From positions 1 to 38,167 of the forward strand of contig JAYODI010000058.1 of assembly GCA_038279365.1 (NCBI GenBank): a stretch of DNA of 38,167 bases, in the 5' to 3' direction. Shown here piece after piece: positions 37,052 through 38,167 of the stretch. The stretch's first letter is position 1. Each line of letters starts with the position of its first letter. This stretch comes from Candidatus Latescibacterota bacterium. GTDB taxonomy: Bacteria > Latescibacterota > UBA2968. A program made the position numbers and the translations under genes. The notes beneath the pieces are model-generated. The model saw only the letters and a list, made by a program, of their open reading frames with translations, was not told where the DNA came from and did not search any database.

Positions 37052-37948
37052 ATGAAACGAATGTTGGCAGTTGGTGCTTTGGTTTTGGGATTTGCTACTG
37101 CGGGTTCTGCTTGGCATTTGGGTGGGCATCATACATTAACTTTGGCGGCAGTGGCTTCATTGCCTCAGGAAGTGCCTGCTTTTTTTCGCGAAGGTGCACC
37201 TACCATTGCCCATATGAGCTTGGACCCCGACATGGGCAAACACAAGGGCACACCTCATGTGCGTGGTGTAGAGTTTCCTGAGCATTTTTTAGATCGAGAA
37301 ATGTTAGAAGCCGATACGTTGCCACTAACGCGATATGAGTTTATTAAATTGTGTTATGAATATAAAGTAGCACCCGAAAAAATTGGCTTGGTGCCTTATG
37401 CTTTGGGAGAATGGACAGAGCGGTTGGCGGTGGCATTTGCCGAACATCGCAAGTGGCCAGACAACCCACATATTAAGATGAAATGTTTGATTTATGCCGG
37501 ATTTGTTGCGCATTATGCCGAAGATATGTGCCAACCCTTACATTTGACACTGCATTACAATGGGCGCGTGCAAGCCGATGGCAGTGTGCTCCAAAAAGGG
37601 ATCCACGGGAAAGTGGATGGTTTGATAGAGTTTTTTAAGATGTCGCCCGATGTTTTGGCTAAAAATCAAAAAGTGACACCACTTGAAAATTTGATGCCCG
37701 ATATTTTGACACAATTTAAGTCGGGTTTTGCTTTGGTTGACCATGTCTATGAATTGGGTGAACGGATTCCCGACTATGATGCAACGGCGTGGGAAAAAGA
37801 CCAAGAGGTGATCGATTTTGCTGTTGGACGTGCGCGTGAGTCTGTGCGTTTTACGGCACAGTTGTATTTGACAGCATGGCAATTGTCTGAGTCTTTGACG
37901 TTTGATGATTTTATTAAACGCGCAGAGTGGGATGGGTTGGGGAAATAG
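37052..37948 (+). CDS. Secreted S1/P1 nuclease / zinc-dependent phospholipase C superfamily protein
   Basis: Signal peptide ending ...GSA, mature N-terminus WHLGGH; PD; HFLD; HYAEDMCQPLH; IHGKVD. Confidence 0.75.
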   Translation: MKRMLAVGALVLGFATAGSAWHLGGHHTLTLAAVASLPQEVPAFFREGAPTIAHMSLDPDMGKHKGTPHVRGVEFPEHFLDREMLEADTLPLTRYEFIKLCYEYKVAPEKIGLVPYALGEWTERLAVAFAEHRKWPDNPHIKMKCLIYAGFVAHYAEDMCQPLHLTLHYNGRVQADGSVLQKGIHGKVDGLIEFFKMSPDVLAKNQKVTPLENLMPDILTQFKSGFALVDHVYELGERIPDYDATAWEKDQEVIDFAVGRARESVRFTAQLYLTAWQLSESLTFDDFIKRAEWDGLGK

Positions 37949-38126
37949 ACGAATAGATGAATAGACGAATAGGCGCACAGCCGCAGGCTACAACGAGCGT
38001 AGCGAGTAATAGACGAATAGATGCACAGCCGCAGGTTACAACGAGCGCAGCGAGAAATTGACGAATGGACGAGGATATTTTGATTCGTAGATTCGTAGAT
38101 TCGTAGATTCGTAGATTCGCAGATTT
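37944..38126. repeat. Composite repeat: AATAGACG-type octamers, two 48-bp units, and an inverted GATTCGTA octamer array
   Basis: 48-bp units at 37960-38007 and 38008-38055 (43/48 identical); GATTCGTA x4 plus GATTCGCA at 38082-38121. Confidence 0.9.
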
Positions 38127-38158
38127 ACTATTTGGTTGGTTTATAAAAGGGGAATGGT

Positions 38159-38167
38159 ATGAAACGG
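38159..38167 (+). CDS. Possible start of a gene truncated by the window edge
   Basis: AAAAGGGGA purine tract followed by ATGAAACGG (MKR...). Confidence 0.35.

Noticed and set aside
516-37978. Numerous short antisense or alternate-frame ORFs in the ORF track (e.g. 826-1524, 2360-2932, 8560-9144, 11302-11874, 37538-37978)
   Set aside because: They overlap well-supported genes and show no recognisable motifs; treated as shadow ORFs
37944-38126. CRISPR array
   Set aside because: The units are contiguous tandem copies with no unique spacers, and there are no cas genes in the window

Overview
Bacterial chromosomal window, about 45% GC by eye. A TonB/DUF4249 pair, GWxTD proteins and a dockerin/FlgD-Ig secreted protein suggest an FCB-group organism, possibly Latescibacterota-like; this assignment is inference. 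From 5' to 3': a sigma54-type promoter before a lipoprotein/TonB-receptor/DUF4249 operon; a six-gene sugar/sulfate-ester catabolic run (PhyH dioxygenase, TIM-barrel isomerase, Gfo/Idh/MocA, PfkB kinase, esterase, sulfatase); arsC, CinA/PncC, Nudix, beta-helix and OCD-family genes; a large secreted multidomain protein; a small fusion of an integrase-arm-like domain with an apparently dead PD-(D/E)XK domain; mazG; an HDOD-zinc-ribbon-receiver protein; a minus-strand operon (GalU-like, atypical GHMP kinase, M81 peptidase, fbaB); two tandem GWxTD paralogues behind a sigmaE-type promoter; and a complete selenocysteine cluster. That cluster reads selA, selB, a secreted WASW-U-GC redoxin selenoprotein, Sec-containing selD, and selC. 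The ORF track mis-calls both selenoprotein genes because it stops at their in-frame UGA codons. An S1/P1-type nuclease gene and a structured 8-bp/48-bp repeat element close the window.
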